Shown here: piece after piece, positions 46,034-55,480 of the stretch
Layout of the letters: every line of letters starts with the position of its first letter
How positions within the stretch are numbered: position 1 is the first letter of the stretch
Assembly: GCA_019635775.1 (NCBI GenBank)
Contig: JAHBYU010000003.1
Location: 87,686 to 151,685 of the forward strand
Length of the DNA: 64,000 bases
From: Rhizobiaceae bacterium
GTDB taxonomy: Bacteria > Pseudomonadota > Alphaproteobacteria > Rhizobiales > Rhizobiaceae
Reading direction: 5' to 3'
Notes under the pieces: model-generated
What the model was told of the DNA's origin: nothing
Databases searched by the model: none
What the model saw: only the letters and a program-made list of their open reading frames with translations
Made by a program: the position numbers and the translations under genes

Positions 46034-47362
46034 ATGACATACAAGAACCCGCCGACCACCCCGCGCAAGTCCGCGACCTTCGACGATTACACGCTGTCCG
46101 AAATTCGCCGCGCCGCGGCGACCGGCATCTATGACATCCGCGGCTCCGGCGCGAAGCGCAAGCTGCCGCATTTCGATGACCTGCTGTTCCTTGGCGCGTC
46201 GATCTCGCGCTATCCCCTGGAAGGATATCGTGAGCGGTGCGACACCTCCGTCGTGCTGGGCACGCGCTTTGCCAAGAAGCCGCTCGAACTGAAGATACCG
46301 ATCACCATCGCCGGCATGAGCTTCGGCTCGCTGTCGGGCCCGGCCAAGGAAGCGCTTGGACGCGGCGCCAATGCCGCCGGCACCTCCACGACCACCGGCG
46401 ACGGCGGCATGACCGAGGAGGAGCGCGGTCATTCGAAGACGCTTGTCTACCAGTACCTGCCCTCGCGTTATGGCATGAACCCGCGCGACCTGCGCCGCGC
46501 CGACGCGATCGAGGTCGTTGTCGGACAGGGCGCCAAGCCCGGCGGCGGAGGGATGCTGCTCGGCCAGAAGATTTCCGACCGCGTGGCCAACATGCGCAAC
46601 CTGCCCAAGGGGATCGACCAGCGCTCGGCCTGCCGTCACCCCGACTGGACCGGTCCCGACGATCTCGAGATCAAGATCCTCGAAATCCGCGAGATCACCG
46701 ACTGGGAAAAGCCCATCTTCATCAAGGTGGGCGGCGCCCGTCCCTATTACGACACCGCGCTTGCGGTGAAGGCCGGCGCGGACGTGGTGGTGCTCGACGG
46801 CATGCAGGGCGGCACGGCCGCGACGCAGGAAGTGTTCATCGAGCATGTCGGCCAGCCAACGCTTGCCTGTATTCGTCCCGCCGTCCAGGCGCTGCAGGAC
46901 CTCGGCATGCACCGCAAGGTGCAACTGATCGTCTCGGGCGGCATTCGCAACGGCGCGGACGTGGCCAAGGCGCTTGCGCTTGGCGCGGACGCCGTTTCGA
47001 TCGGCACGGCCGCGCTCGTAGCGCTTGGCGACAACGATCCGCGCTGGGAAGCGGAATACAATGAACTCGGCACCACCGCCGGCGCCTATGACGACTGGCA
47101 CGAGGGCAGGGACCCGGCGGGCATCACGACGCAGGATCCGGAGCTGATGAAGCGTCTCGATCCGGTCGCGGCGGGACGCAGGCTGGCGAATTATCTCAAG
47201 GTTATGACGCTTGAGACACAGACGATCGCGCGTGCATGCGGCAAGAACGATGTCCACAACCTCGAGCCGGAGGACCTCTGCGCCCTTACGGTCGAGGCTG
47301 CAGCGATGGCTCAGGTTCCGCTGGCCGGCACGAGCTGGATACCGGGCAAGGGCGGCTTCTGA
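46034..47362 (+). CDS. mgsC: N-methylglutamate synthase subunit C (FMN-binding glutamate-synthase domain)
   Basis: GQGAKPGGGG, DG.QGGT and SGGIRNG..V.KALALGADAV motifs. Confidence 0.88.
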   Translation: MTYKNPPTTPRKSATFDDYTLSEIRRAAATGIYDIRGSGAKRKLPHFDDLLFLGASISRYPLEGYRERCDTSVVLGTRFAKKPLELKIPITIAGMSFGSLSGPAKEALGRGANAAGTSTTTGDGGMTEEERGHSKTLVYQYLPSRYGMNPRDLRRADAIEVVVGQGAKPGGGGMLLGQKISDRVANMRNLPKGIDQRSACRHPDWTGPDDLEIKILEIREITDWEKPIFIKVGGARPYYDTALAVKAGADVVVLDGMQGGTAATQEVFIEHVGQPTLACIRPAVQALQDLGMHRKVQLIVSGGIRNGADVAKALALGADAVSIGTAALVALGDNDPRWEAEYNELGTTAGAYDDWHEGRDPAGITTQDPELMKRLDPVAAGRRLANYLKVMTLETQTIARACGKNDVHNLEPEDLCALTVEAAAMAQVPLAGTSWIPGKGGF

Positions 47363-47430
47363 CGAAGCCGCCTTTTCCATGATAGAGAGCCACGGGAACG
47401 GCATTTAAAAACACGTGATGGGGAACTCCA

Positions 47431-48738
47431 TTGGCAACTGATCTCGCGCAATTCGCCAAGAAGAACGGCGTCAAATATTTCCTGATCTCCTACACGGACC
47501 TGTTCGGCGGCCAGCGCGCCAAGCTGGTGCCGGCGCAGGCGATCAGCGACATGCAGAAGGACGGCGCTGGCTTCGCCGGTTTTGCCACCTGGCTGGACCT
47601 CACGCCGGCTCACCCGGACATGCTTGCGGTTCCGGATCCGGAGTCGGTTATCCAGCTTCCGTGGAAACCGGAAGTCGCCTGGGTGGCCGCCAATTGCGTG
47701 ATGGAAGACAAGCCTGTCAGCCAGGCGCCGCGCGACACGCTGCGCCGCCTTGTCGCGGAAGCGGCCGATGAGGGCATGCGCGTCAAGACCGGCGTAGAGG
47801 CAGAGTTCTTCCTCATAACGCCCGACGGCACCGCGATCTCCGATCCGGCGGACACGGCGTCGAAGTCCTGCTACGACCAGCAGGCGGTGATGCGGCGTTA
47901 CGACGTGATCGCGGAAATCTGCGACCACATGCTGGCGCTGGGCTGGGGCCCGTACCAGAACGACCATGAGGACGCCAACGGCCAGTTCGAGATGAACTGG
48001 GCCTTCGACGACGTCATCCCCACCGCCGACAAGCATTCCTTCTTCAAGTTCATGGTCAAGTCGATCGCCGAAAAGCACGGCCTGCGCGCGACCTTCATGC
48101 CCAAGCCCTTCCCGGGCCTGACGGGCAATGGCTGCCACGCGCACATCTCCGTCTGGGACAAGACGGGCAAGACCAACGTCTTCGCCGACCCGAAGATGGA
48201 ACTTGGACTCTCCGCCAAGGGCAGGAACTTCCTCGGCGGCATCATGAAACATGCGTCCGCTCTCGCCGCGATCACCAACCCGACGGTCAATTCCTACAAG
48301 CGCATCAACGCGCCGCGCACGATTTCGGGCGCGACCTGGGCGCCGAACTCGGTGACGTGGACCGGCAACAACCGCACGCACATGGTTCGCGTTCCGGGCC
48401 CGGGCCGGTTCGAGCTGCGCCTGCCCGACGGCGCTGCGAACCCATACCTGATGCAGGCGGTGATCATCGCCGCCGGCCTCGACGGCATCCGCTCCAAGGC
48501 CGATCCGGGCAAGCGCTACGACATCGACATGTACAAGGACGGCCACACGGTGAAGGGCGCGCCCAAGCTGCCGCTCAACCTGCTCGACGCCTTGCGTGAG
48601 TTCGACAAGGACAAGTCGCTGAAGGCTGCCCTTGGAGACGAGTTCTCGGCCGCCTATCTGAAGCTGAAGCAGCAGGAATGGAATTCCTATGCCTCGCACT
48701 TCACCCAGTGGGAGCGGGACCACACGCTCGACATCTGA
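47431..48738 (+). CDS. gmaS: gamma-glutamylmethylamide synthetase (type III glutamine synthetase-like)
   Basis: KYFLISYTDLFGGQRAKLVPA and the GS catalytic-domain pattern. TTG start with GGGGA upstream. Confidence 0.85.
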   Translation: MATDLAQFAKKNGVKYFLISYTDLFGGQRAKLVPAQAISDMQKDGAGFAGFATWLDLTPAHPDMLAVPDPESVIQLPWKPEVAWVAANCVMEDKPVSQAPRDTLRRLVAEAADEGMRVKTGVEAEFFLITPDGTAISDPADTASKSCYDQQAVMRRYDVIAEICDHMLALGWGPYQNDHEDANGQFEMNWAFDDVIPTADKHSFFKFMVKSIAEKHGLRATFMPKPFPGLTGNGCHAHISVWDKTGKTNVFADPKMELGLSAKGRNFLGGIMKHASALAAITNPTVNSYKRINAPRTISGATWAPNSVTWTGNNRTHMVRVPGPGRFELRLPDGAANPYLMQAVIIAAGLDGIRSKADPGKRYDIDMYKDGHTVKGAPKLPLNLLDALREFDKDKSLKAALGDEFSAAYLKLKQQEWNSYASHFTQWERDHTLDI

Positions 48739-48775
48739 CGGGCGGCACACGCAGGGACGAGTTCGAAGCAAGACC

Positions 48776-50029
48776 ATGAAATACTCCATCTTCTCGCTCG
48801 CCCGCGCGGCCCTCTCGGGCCACAAGAACTGGCCGCGCACATGGCGCGACCCCCAGCCGCAGAAGCATTATGACGTCGTGATCGTCGGCGGCGGCGGGCA
48901 TGGGCTGGCAACGGCCTACTTCCTCGCCGCCGAACACGGCATCCGCAATGTAGCGGTCCTCGAGAAGGGGTGGATCGGCTCCGGCAATGCGGGTCGCAAC
49001 ACCACCATCATTCGCTCCAACTACATGCTGCCGGGCAATATCGGTTTCTACGAACTCTCGATGAAGCTCTGGGAGACGATGGAGCGCGACCTCAACTACA
49101 ACACCATGGTCAGCCAGCGAGGCGTCCTGAACCTCTATCATTCGGACGCGCAGCGCGACGCCTATGCGCGGCGCGGCAACGCCATGCGGATCAATGGCAT
49201 CGACTCCGAGCTGCTCGACCGCGAGGGCGTGCGCAAGTTGCTGCCCTTCCTGAATTTCGACAATGCGCGCTTCCCGATCCAGGGGGGACTGCTGCAGCCG
49301 CGCGGCGGCACGGCGCGCCATGACGCGGTCGTCTGGGGCTATGCCCATGCAGCCGACAGGCTTGGCGTAGACATCATCCAGAACTGCGAGGTCACGGGCT
49401 TTACCCGCGACGCCGGCGGCAAGGTGACGGGCGTCGAGACGACGCGCGGCACGATCGGCGCGGGCAAGGTCGGCGTTGCGGTCGCCGGCAGTTCCTCGCG
49501 TGTCGCCGCGATGGCGGGACTGCGCCTGCCCATCGAAAGCCATGTCCTGCAGGCCTTTGTTTCCGAGGGCATAAAGCCGCTGATCCCCAATGTCGTCACC
49601 TTCGGCGCGGGGCACTTCTATGTCAGCCAGTCCGACAAGGGCGGGCTGGTCTTCGGCGGCGACCTTGACGGCTACAATTCCTACGCCCAGCGCGGCAACC
49701 TTCCGGTCGTGGAGGATGTTTGCGAGGGCGGCATGGCGCTGATGCCGGTGATCGGCCGCGTACGCCTGCTGCGCCAGTGGGGCGGCATCATGGACATGTC
49801 GATGGATGGCTCGCCCATCATCGACAAGACACCCGTGGACGGTCTCTATCTGAACGCAGGCTGGTGCTATGGCGGCTTCAAGGCGACGCCTGGTTCCGGT
49901 TTCGTCTTCGCGCATCTGATCGCGCGCGACGAACTGCACAGGGAAGGCGCGCGCTTCCGGCTCGACCGGTTCCGGCGCGGCGCGATGATCGACGAGAAGG
50001 GCCAGGGCGCCCAACCGAACCTGCATTGA
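48776..50029 (+). CDS. mgdA: N-methylglutamate dehydrogenase subunit A (sarcosine oxidase beta-like)
   Basis: The ATG at 48776 gives MKYSIFSL. FAD-binding site VVIVGGGGHGLATAY; SoxB-like along the full length. Confidence 0.85.
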   Translation: MKYSIFSLARAALSGHKNWPRTWRDPQPQKHYDVVIVGGGGHGLATAYFLAAEHGIRNVAVLEKGWIGSGNAGRNTTIIRSNYMLPGNIGFYELSMKLWETMERDLNYNTMVSQRGVLNLYHSDAQRDAYARRGNAMRINGIDSELLDREGVRKLLPFLNFDNARFPIQGGLLQPRGGTARHDAVVWGYAHAADRLGVDIIQNCEVTGFTRDAGGKVTGVETTRGTIGAGKVGVAVAGSSSRVAAMAGLRLPIESHVLQAFVSEGIKPLIPNVVTFGAGHFYVSQSDKGGLVFGGDLDGYNSYAQRGNLPVVEDVCEGGMALMPVIGRVRLLRQWGGIMDMSMDGSPIIDKTPVDGLYLNAGWCYGGFKATPGSGFVFAHLIARDELHREGARFRLDRFRRGAMIDEKGQGAQPNLH

Positions 50030-50043
50030 GGACGGCGTAGGAA

Positions 50044-50319
50044 ATGCGTATTGCATGTCCCTTCTGTGGCCCGCGCGAGAACGGCGAATTCACCTATCTG
50101 GGTGACGCCAAGCCGAAGCGCCCCGCGCTCGAGGCGGGCGAGGAAGCCTATTACGAGTATGTCTATCTGCGCGACAATGTCGCCGGCGAGATGGATGAAT
50201 TCTGGTATCACGGTGCCGGATGCCGGTCCTGGATCAAGGTTCGGCGCAACACCGTGACCCATGAGATATCGTCGGTGGAACCCGCCGCCGGTGCAGGCGC
50301 GGCAAAGGTGGCGTCATGA
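50044..50319 (+). CDS. mgdB: N-methylglutamate dehydrogenase subunit B (sarcosine oxidase delta-like)
   Basis: 91 aa. MRIACPFCGPRENGEF is the zinc-binding N-terminus of the SoxD family. Confidence 0.85.
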   Translation: MRIACPFCGPRENGEFTYLGDAKPKRPALEAGEEAYYEYVYLRDNVAGEMDEFWYHGAGCRSWIKVRRNTVTHEISSVEPAAGAGAAKVAS

Positions 50320-53303
50320 GCGCCGCCGGCCAGAAGAACCGTCTCGCCTCGGGCGGGCTGATCGACAGGAACAAGCCGCTTTCCTTCAGCTTTGACGGAA
50401 AGGCGATGTCGGGCTTTGCCGGCGATACGCTTGCCTCGGCGCTGATCGCCAACGGGGTGCAGCTGGTCGGGCGTTCCTTCAAATATCATCGGCCGCGCGG
50501 CATCCTGACGGCGGGATCGGAAGAACCGAATGCGCTGGTCGAACTGCGCGACGGCGCGCGCCGCGAGCCGAACACGCGCGCCACGACGATCGAGCTTTAT
50601 GACGGCCTGACGGCAACGAGCCAGAACCGCTGGCCCTCGCTCGATTTCGACATCCTGTCGATAAACCAGCTTGCTTCGCCGATCTTCGTGGCGGGCTTCT
50701 ACTACAAGACCTTCATGTGGCCCTCGGCGCTATGGGAAAAGCTTTACGAGCCGCTGATCCGCCGTGCGGCGGGCCTTGGCCGCGCGGCTGAAAAGAGCGA
50801 CCCGGATCACTATGAAAAGGCATGGGCCCATTGCGACGTGCTGATCGCGGGAGGCGGCCCGACCGGCCTTGCAGCCGCGCTTGCGGCAGGTCGGGCAGGC
50901 GCACGGGTGATCCTGTGTGAGGAAGATGCGGTCCTCGGCGGACGGCTGCTTTCCGATGGCGGAACAATCGACGGTTTGCCGGCTATCGAATGGGTCGCCA
51001 AGGCCGTCGCCGAACTCGAGGCCATGCCCGACGTGCGCGTCATGACGCGCACGACCGTGACCGGCGTATTCGATCATGGCACCCATGCAGCGCTGGAACG
51101 CGTGAACGACCATCTGCCGGTTCCGCCGGAGCATCAGCCGCGCCAGCGCCTCTGGCGCATCGCCGCCAAGCGCTCGATCGTGGCCGCAGGTGCGCTGGAG
51201 CGTCCGATCGTGTTCGGGGGTAACGATACGCCGAACGTCATGCTGTCCTCTGCGGTGCGCACCTACATCAATCGGTATGCGGCGACACCGGCGAAGCGGC
51301 TGGCGCTGTTCACGAACAATGACGATGGCTGGAAGACGGTCGAGGCCGCGCTCGCGGCAGGCGTCCAGATCGCAGGCGTGGTGGATGCACGCGCGGAGGC
51401 TTCCGCCGAGCAACGCGCCCTTGCGGCGCAGCACGGCTTCGCGATCCTGAACGGCGTGGTCGATCACGTCGAGGGCGGCAAGGCAGGCGTCGGCAAGATC
51501 GTGGCGGCACTGGCCGGCGGCGCGAAAGCCACGCTGGAAGCAGACGGGCTTGCAGTGTCGGGTGGCTGGAACCCTGCCGTAGGGCTGACCTCGCAGCATC
51601 GCGGCCGCCCGAAATGGCGTGACGACATCGCTGCCTTCGTGCCTGACGGTGCGCCTGCGGGCATGGTCGCGGCCGGCTCCGCCAATGGCGAATTCTCCCT
51701 CGCGGCGTGTCTCATGGAGGGGCATTCATCCGGCGCGGCGGCGGCCGGCGATCTCGGCTTCGGCAAGAGCGCCGGAAGTGCGCCCGTGTCCGATGAGGAC
51801 GCCGCGTATTCCGTCAGGCCTGTCTGGACCGTCAACAGCAAGAAGAAGGCGTTCGTCGACTTCCAGAACGACGTGACCGAGTCAGACATCGCGCTTGCCG
51901 CGCGCGAGGGCTTCCAGTCGGTGGAGCACCTGAAGCGCTACACCACGCTCGGCATGGCCACCGACCAGGGCAAGAACTCGAACGTGCAGGGCATCGCCGT
52001 CATGGCGGAACTGACGGGCCGTTCCATACCGGAAACCGGCACGACGATCTATCGCCCGCCCTATGTGCCGGTGGCGATGGGGGCCCTTGCCGGCCATCAT
52101 CGCGACGAGAATTTCCACGCCACGCGCCTTACGCCGTCGCATCACTGGGCTGCAGAGCGCGGTGCGGTGTTTGTCGACACAGGGCTCTGGAAGCGCGCGC
52201 AGTGGTATCCGCTGAAAGGCGAGAAGGACTGGCTGGAATCGGTCACGCGCGAGGTGAAAGCGGTGCGGTCGGGCGTCGGTTTCTGCGATGTCTCGACGCT
52301 GGGGAAGACCGACGTGCACGGTCCCGATGCGGGAGCATTCCTCGACCGGGTCTACATCAACACCTTCTCCAGCCTCGCTGTCGGGAAGGCGCGCTACGGC
52401 ATCATGCTGCGCGAGGACGGCATCGTCTATGACGACGGCACCACCTCGCGACTGGCCGAGGATCACTATTTCCTCACCACGACCACCGCCAAGGCAGGGC
52501 TTGTGATGCAGCACCTGGAGTTCTGCCGCCAGGTCCTGTTCCCTGAGCTCGACGTGCAACTGACATCGGTCTCCGACCAGTGGGCGCAGTTCTCCATCGC
52601 GGGGCCGAACACGCGCGCCCTGCTGACCGACATCGTCGATCCGTCGGAGGACCTCTCGAACGAGGGCTTCCCCTTCATGGGCGCGCGCGCCGTGAAGCTG
52701 CGCGGCGGCGTGGAGGCGAGGCTCTTCCGCATCTCCTTCTCCGGCGAGATGGCCTTCGAGATTTCGGTGCCGGCGCGCTTCGGCGATGCGCTGGTGCGCA
52801 ACCTGATGGCGGCCGGCGAAAAGTACGGCGTGACACCTTACGGCACCGAGGCACTTGGCGTCATGCGCATCGAAAAGGGCCATGTCGCCGGGCCGGAGCT
52901 GAACGGAACGACGACGGCCGCGGATCTCGGGCTGGGCAAGATGATGTCCACCAAGAAGGACTTCATTGGCCGTGTGCTCGCCGGGCGCGAGGCGCTCGTG
53001 GCCGATGACAGGCAGGTGGTGGTTGGCGTCAAGCCGGTCTCTCCGTCGCAGCGCCTGCGTTCCGGCGCGCATGTCATTGCGAAGGGCAAGGTGCCGGCAC
53101 CGGAGACGGACGACGGCTATGTTACCTCGGTCTGCTTCTCGCCGATGATGGATCGGTGGATCGGGCTCGCGCTCGTGTCGCGCGGTCGCGAGCGGCATGG
53201 CGAGATCGCGATGGCGCATGACCCGGTGCGCGGCGAGGATTACGAGGTCGAGATCTGCAACCCGGTCTTCTACGATCCCGAAGGAGGACGTCAGCGTGGT
53301 TGA
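50316..53303 (+). CDS. mgdC: N-methylglutamate dehydrogenase subunit C (sarcosine oxidase alpha-like, with GcvT-like folate domain)
   Basis: 995 aa. Dinucleotide-binding site VLIAGGGPTGLAAAL and a C-terminal aminomethyltransferase-like domain. ATGA overlap with mgdB. Confidence 0.88.
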   Translation: MSAAGQKNRLASGGLIDRNKPLSFSFDGKAMSGFAGDTLASALIANGVQLVGRSFKYHRPRGILTAGSEEPNALVELRDGARREPNTRATTIELYDGLTATSQNRWPSLDFDILSINQLASPIFVAGFYYKTFMWPSALWEKLYEPLIRRAAGLGRAAEKSDPDHYEKAWAHCDVLIAGGGPTGLAAALAAGRAGARVILCEEDAVLGGRLLSDGGTIDGLPAIEWVAKAVAELEAMPDVRVMTRTTVTGVFDHGTHAALERVNDHLPVPPEHQPRQRLWRIAAKRSIVAAGALERPIVFGGNDTPNVMLSSAVRTYINRYAATPAKRLALFTNNDDGWKTVEAALAAGVQIAGVVDARAEASAEQRALAAQHGFAILNGVVDHVEGGKAGVGKIVAALAGGAKATLEADGLAVSGGWNPAVGLTSQHRGRPKWRDDIAAFVPDGAPAGMVAAGSANGEFSLAACLMEGHSSGAAAAGDLGFGKSAGSAPVSDEDAAYSVRPVWTVNSKKKAFVDFQNDVTESDIALAAREGFQSVEHLKRYTTLGMATDQGKNSNVQGIAVMAELTGRSIPETGTTIYRPPYVPVAMGALAGHHRDENFHATRLTPSHHWAAERGAVFVDTGLWKRAQWYPLKGEKDWLESVTREVKAVRSGVGFCDVSTLGKTDVHGPDAGAFLDRVYINTFSSLAVGKARYGIMLREDGIVYDDGTTSRLAEDHYFLTTTTAKAGLVMQHLEFCRQVLFPELDVQLTSVSDQWAQFSIAGPNTRALLTDIVDPSEDLSNEGFPFMGARAVKLRGGVEARLFRISFSGEMAFEISVPARFGDALVRNLMAAGEKYGVTPYGTEALGVMRIEKGHVAGPELNGTTTAADLGLGKMMSTKKDFIGRVLAGREALVADDRQVVVGVKPVSPSQRLRSGAHVIAKGKVPAPETDDGYVTSVCFSPMMDRWIGLALVSRGRERHGEIAMAHDPVRGEDYEVEICNPVFYDPEGGRQRG

Positions 53304-53931
53304 ACTGTCCTGGACGGAGACAACACCGCTGTCGCGCATATATCGCGCGGGCAGCCATGGCGCAAAGACGCAAGCGGCCGGTCTGTCGCTTGCCGAACTC
53401 AGCGGATTCGAACTGGTCCAGACCATGGCCCGGCGCGGTCAGTGGAGTGCAACAGACCAGGCCTGCAGGGAAGCCTATGGCAAGCCGGCTCCCGCGCGGC
53501 CGCAAGCCGTGAAGGCGGAAGGCGCGCTGCTGATCTGGTCGGGCCCTGACCAGTTTCTCGTCCTGTCCCCGCGCGCCGGCGGCAGCGCGGGAATGGACCG
53601 TGCAAGGCTTGCCTTTGCGGGTATGGCGTCTCTGTCGGAACAATCCGACGCGCGGTCGCTGATCCGGGTTTCCGGCAGCAGGGCGCGCGACATGCTGGCC
53701 AAGGTCTGCTCGCTCGACCTTCATTCGGCGGTCTTTCCAGAATGGTCTGCGGCTGCCACGTCCATCGACCACACGGCGGTCAATCTCTGGCGTGGCGAGG
53801 ATGATGCGGGCGGGGCCGTGTTCCACCTGCTGATCTTCGCGACCTTCGCCGAGAGCCTGTGGCACACGCTGCTGGACTCTGGCGCGGAATACGGCATTGC
53901 GATCGATGCCCCGGCTGCATGGCAGCAATGA
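53296..53931 (+). CDS. mgdD: N-methylglutamate dehydrogenase subunit D (sarcosine oxidase gamma-like)
   Basis: GTG at 53296 is preceded by AAGGAGGA. Position and size fit the gamma subunit. The rest of ORF 53197..53931 overlaps mgdC. Confidence 0.7.
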   Translation: MVELSWTETTPLSRIYRAGSHGAKTQAAGLSLAELSGFELVQTMARRGQWSATDQACREAYGKPAPARPQAVKAEGALLIWSGPDQFLVLSPRAGGSAGMDRARLAFAGMASLSEQSDARSLIRVSGSRARDMLAKVCSLDLHSAVFPEWSAAATSIDHTAVNLWRGEDDAGGAVFHLLIFATFAESLWHTLLDSGAEYGIAIDAPAAWQQ

Positions 53932-53978
53932 CCGGCGGGCACTTCACGCGCCTGCCTTGACGACGTACTGTGGCTGAA

Positions 53979-54029
53979 GAGGACGACCTCGGGCATCCTG
54001 CCTTTCCAGGAACGAAGGGACGACCCTTC
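53979..54029 (+). promoter_or_regulatory. guanidine-II (mini-ykkC) riboswitch
   Basis: Two hairpins with ACGA tetraloops: GAGG-ACGA-CCTC (53979..53990) and GAAGGG-ACGA-CCCTTC (54014..54029). The linker is 23 nt. The SD sequence AAGGAG and the ATG of an SMR exporter follow within 30 nt. Confidence 0.75.
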
Positions 54030-54057
54030 CCGGAGCGGAACCAAAGGAGTTCTCCCC

Positions 54058-54372
54058 ATGAGCTGGGTCTATCTTTTCATCGCGGGCCTGTTCGAGATCG
54101 GCTGGGCGATCGGCCTCAAATATACCGAAGGCTTCACGCGTCTTGTGCCAACCATATGGACGGCAATCGCCTTCGTGGCGAGCATTGGCCTGCTGGGCCT
54201 TGCGCTCAAGACACTGCCGGTCGGCACGGCCTATGCCGTCTGGACGGGCATAGGCGCGGTTGGCACCGCCATACTCGGCATCTATCTGCTCGGCGAGCCG
54301 GCGACGGCCGCCCGGCTCGCATGCATAGGCCTCATCGTTTCGGGCATCGTCGGGCTGAAGCTTTTCGCCTAG
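54058..54372 (+). CDS. sugE: SMR-family small multidrug resistance protein, SugE/Gdx-type (guanidinium exporter)
   Basis: 104 aa, 4 TM helices. The N-terminus [22 protein letters not shown] carries the conserved Glu in TM1. Confidence 0.88.
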   Translation: MSWVYLFIAGLFEIGWAIGLKYTEGFTRLVPTIWTAIAFVASIGLLGLALKTLPVGTAYAVWTGIGAVGTAILGIYLLGEPATAARLACIGLIVSGIVGLKLFA

Positions 54373-54378
54373 AGCCGG

Positions 54379-54804
54379 TCAGCTGTAGGGCGACCAGCAC
54401 TGCCGGCGCGGTCCTTCATAGGGCTGGTAGCTGTTGTCGTAGGCGCGATACGAGCGATAGGTCTCATAGCACCAAGCAACATGCGCGGCGGCCAGCCGGC
54501 GAGAGGGGGCGGGGGCTGTCGCTGCCGCCGCACCGGCCGCCGCTCCAGCCGCGAAAGCCGCCGCCGGAAACCAGTAGCCCCGGTAGTGGCGATAGCCCGG
54601 CCTGGCGACGACGATACCGCGATGGCCGTTGTAGTAATAGACGCCGTGATAGCGGTAGAAACCGTGGCGATGGCGATGCGCCACGGGCAGCGCAACCGTT
54701 GACGCTTCGACCGGGGCGACAGAAGGCAGTGGCATTGTGGACGCGGGAGCGACACCGGCGGCAATTGCAATCGCGGCTGCAGTGAGGGTGGAGACAAGTT
54801 TCAT
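54379..54804 (-). CDS. BA14K-family exported protein
   Basis: Signal peptide plus the C-terminal HVAWCYETYRSYRAYDNSYQPYEGPRRQC motif. Confidence 0.8.
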   Translation of the reverse strand: MKLVSTLTAAAIAIAAGVAPASTMPLPSVAPVEASTVALPVAHRHRHGFYRYHGVYYYNGHRGIVVARPGYRHYRGYWFPAAAFAAGAAAGAAAATAPAPSRRLAAAHVAWCYETYRSYRAYDNSYQPYEGPRRQCWSPYS

Positions 54805-54824
54805 TTTCCTGATCCTTCAAATCT

Positions 54825-55289
54825 CTATCGGGTTTTCGCTTTTTCTCGCTCATGCCTCAGCGCACGTAGCTCCCTGATGGAGAGGGTTGCGTCACCGTTC
54901 CGGTCAGCGGCCTTTATGTGCGGCGGCACGAAGCCGGCGAATTCGGTGCGCGAGAGAACGCCGTCGCCGTTCGTGTCCATCAGTCGCATCCGTTCCATGA
55001 CATCGACCTCGCCGAACATCGCGCGCTGCTGACTTGTCGTATGCGACTGGGCGACCTTGCGAACGTTGGCGATCTCGTCGTTGTCGAGAATGCCGTTGCG
55101 GTTGATGTCCATGCGGTCGAAGATTTCTACGCGCGTGGCAGCGATCTCGCTGAACTGGATCGCACGGTCGCCATTCCTGTCGATCTCGCGGAACTTCGCC
55201 CGCGCGCTCTCGACATCCGACGCGTATGCGCTGCCTGTGGTTGCGCAAAACACGGCGGCAAACAGCGCCAATAGGTTTCCAGGCTTCAT
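54825..55289 (-). CDS. exported EF-hand calcium-binding protein (four loops)
   Basis: Signal peptide plus four EF loops: DRNGDRAIQFSE, DINRNGILDNDE, DTNGDGVLSRTE and DRNGDATLSIRE. Confidence 0.8.
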   Translation of the reverse strand: MKPGNLLALFAAVFCATTGSAYASDVESARAKFREIDRNGDRAIQFSEIAATRVEIFDRMDINRNGILDNDEIANVRKVAQSHTTSQQRAMFGEVDVMERMRLMDTNGDGVLSRTEFAGFVPPHIKAADRNGDATLSIRELRALRHEREKAKTR

Positions 55290-55480
55290 CAGACCTTCCT
55301 TCGAATGTAATCCTCTGAATGCCTCTACGCGCCGGCCGTGATGGTCCTACGCGGCTGTTGAAAGAAAATCCCGGCCGCGCTGCGCGATAATTCCGGACTG
55401 GGCCGTAGGAGCTGGCGCGGCAGCCCGTATTGACCGGCATAAGGCCGCGTGAGGCCTGTGTCCGAGGAAAGGATACGATC

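Noticed and set aside
45986-50056. Three long minus-strand ORFs: 45986..47404 (472 aa), 47311..48840 (509 aa) and 48701..50056 (451 aa).
   Set aside because: Each is antisense to a clearly recognisable plus-strand gene (mgsC, gmaS, mgdA). Their translations are Arg/Ala/Gly-rich and carry no motifs.
51882-53426. A 514-aa minus-strand ORF.
   Set aside because: It is antisense to mgdC (sarcosine-oxidase-alpha-like), which has dinucleotide-binding and GcvT-like domains. I treat it as a shadow ORF.
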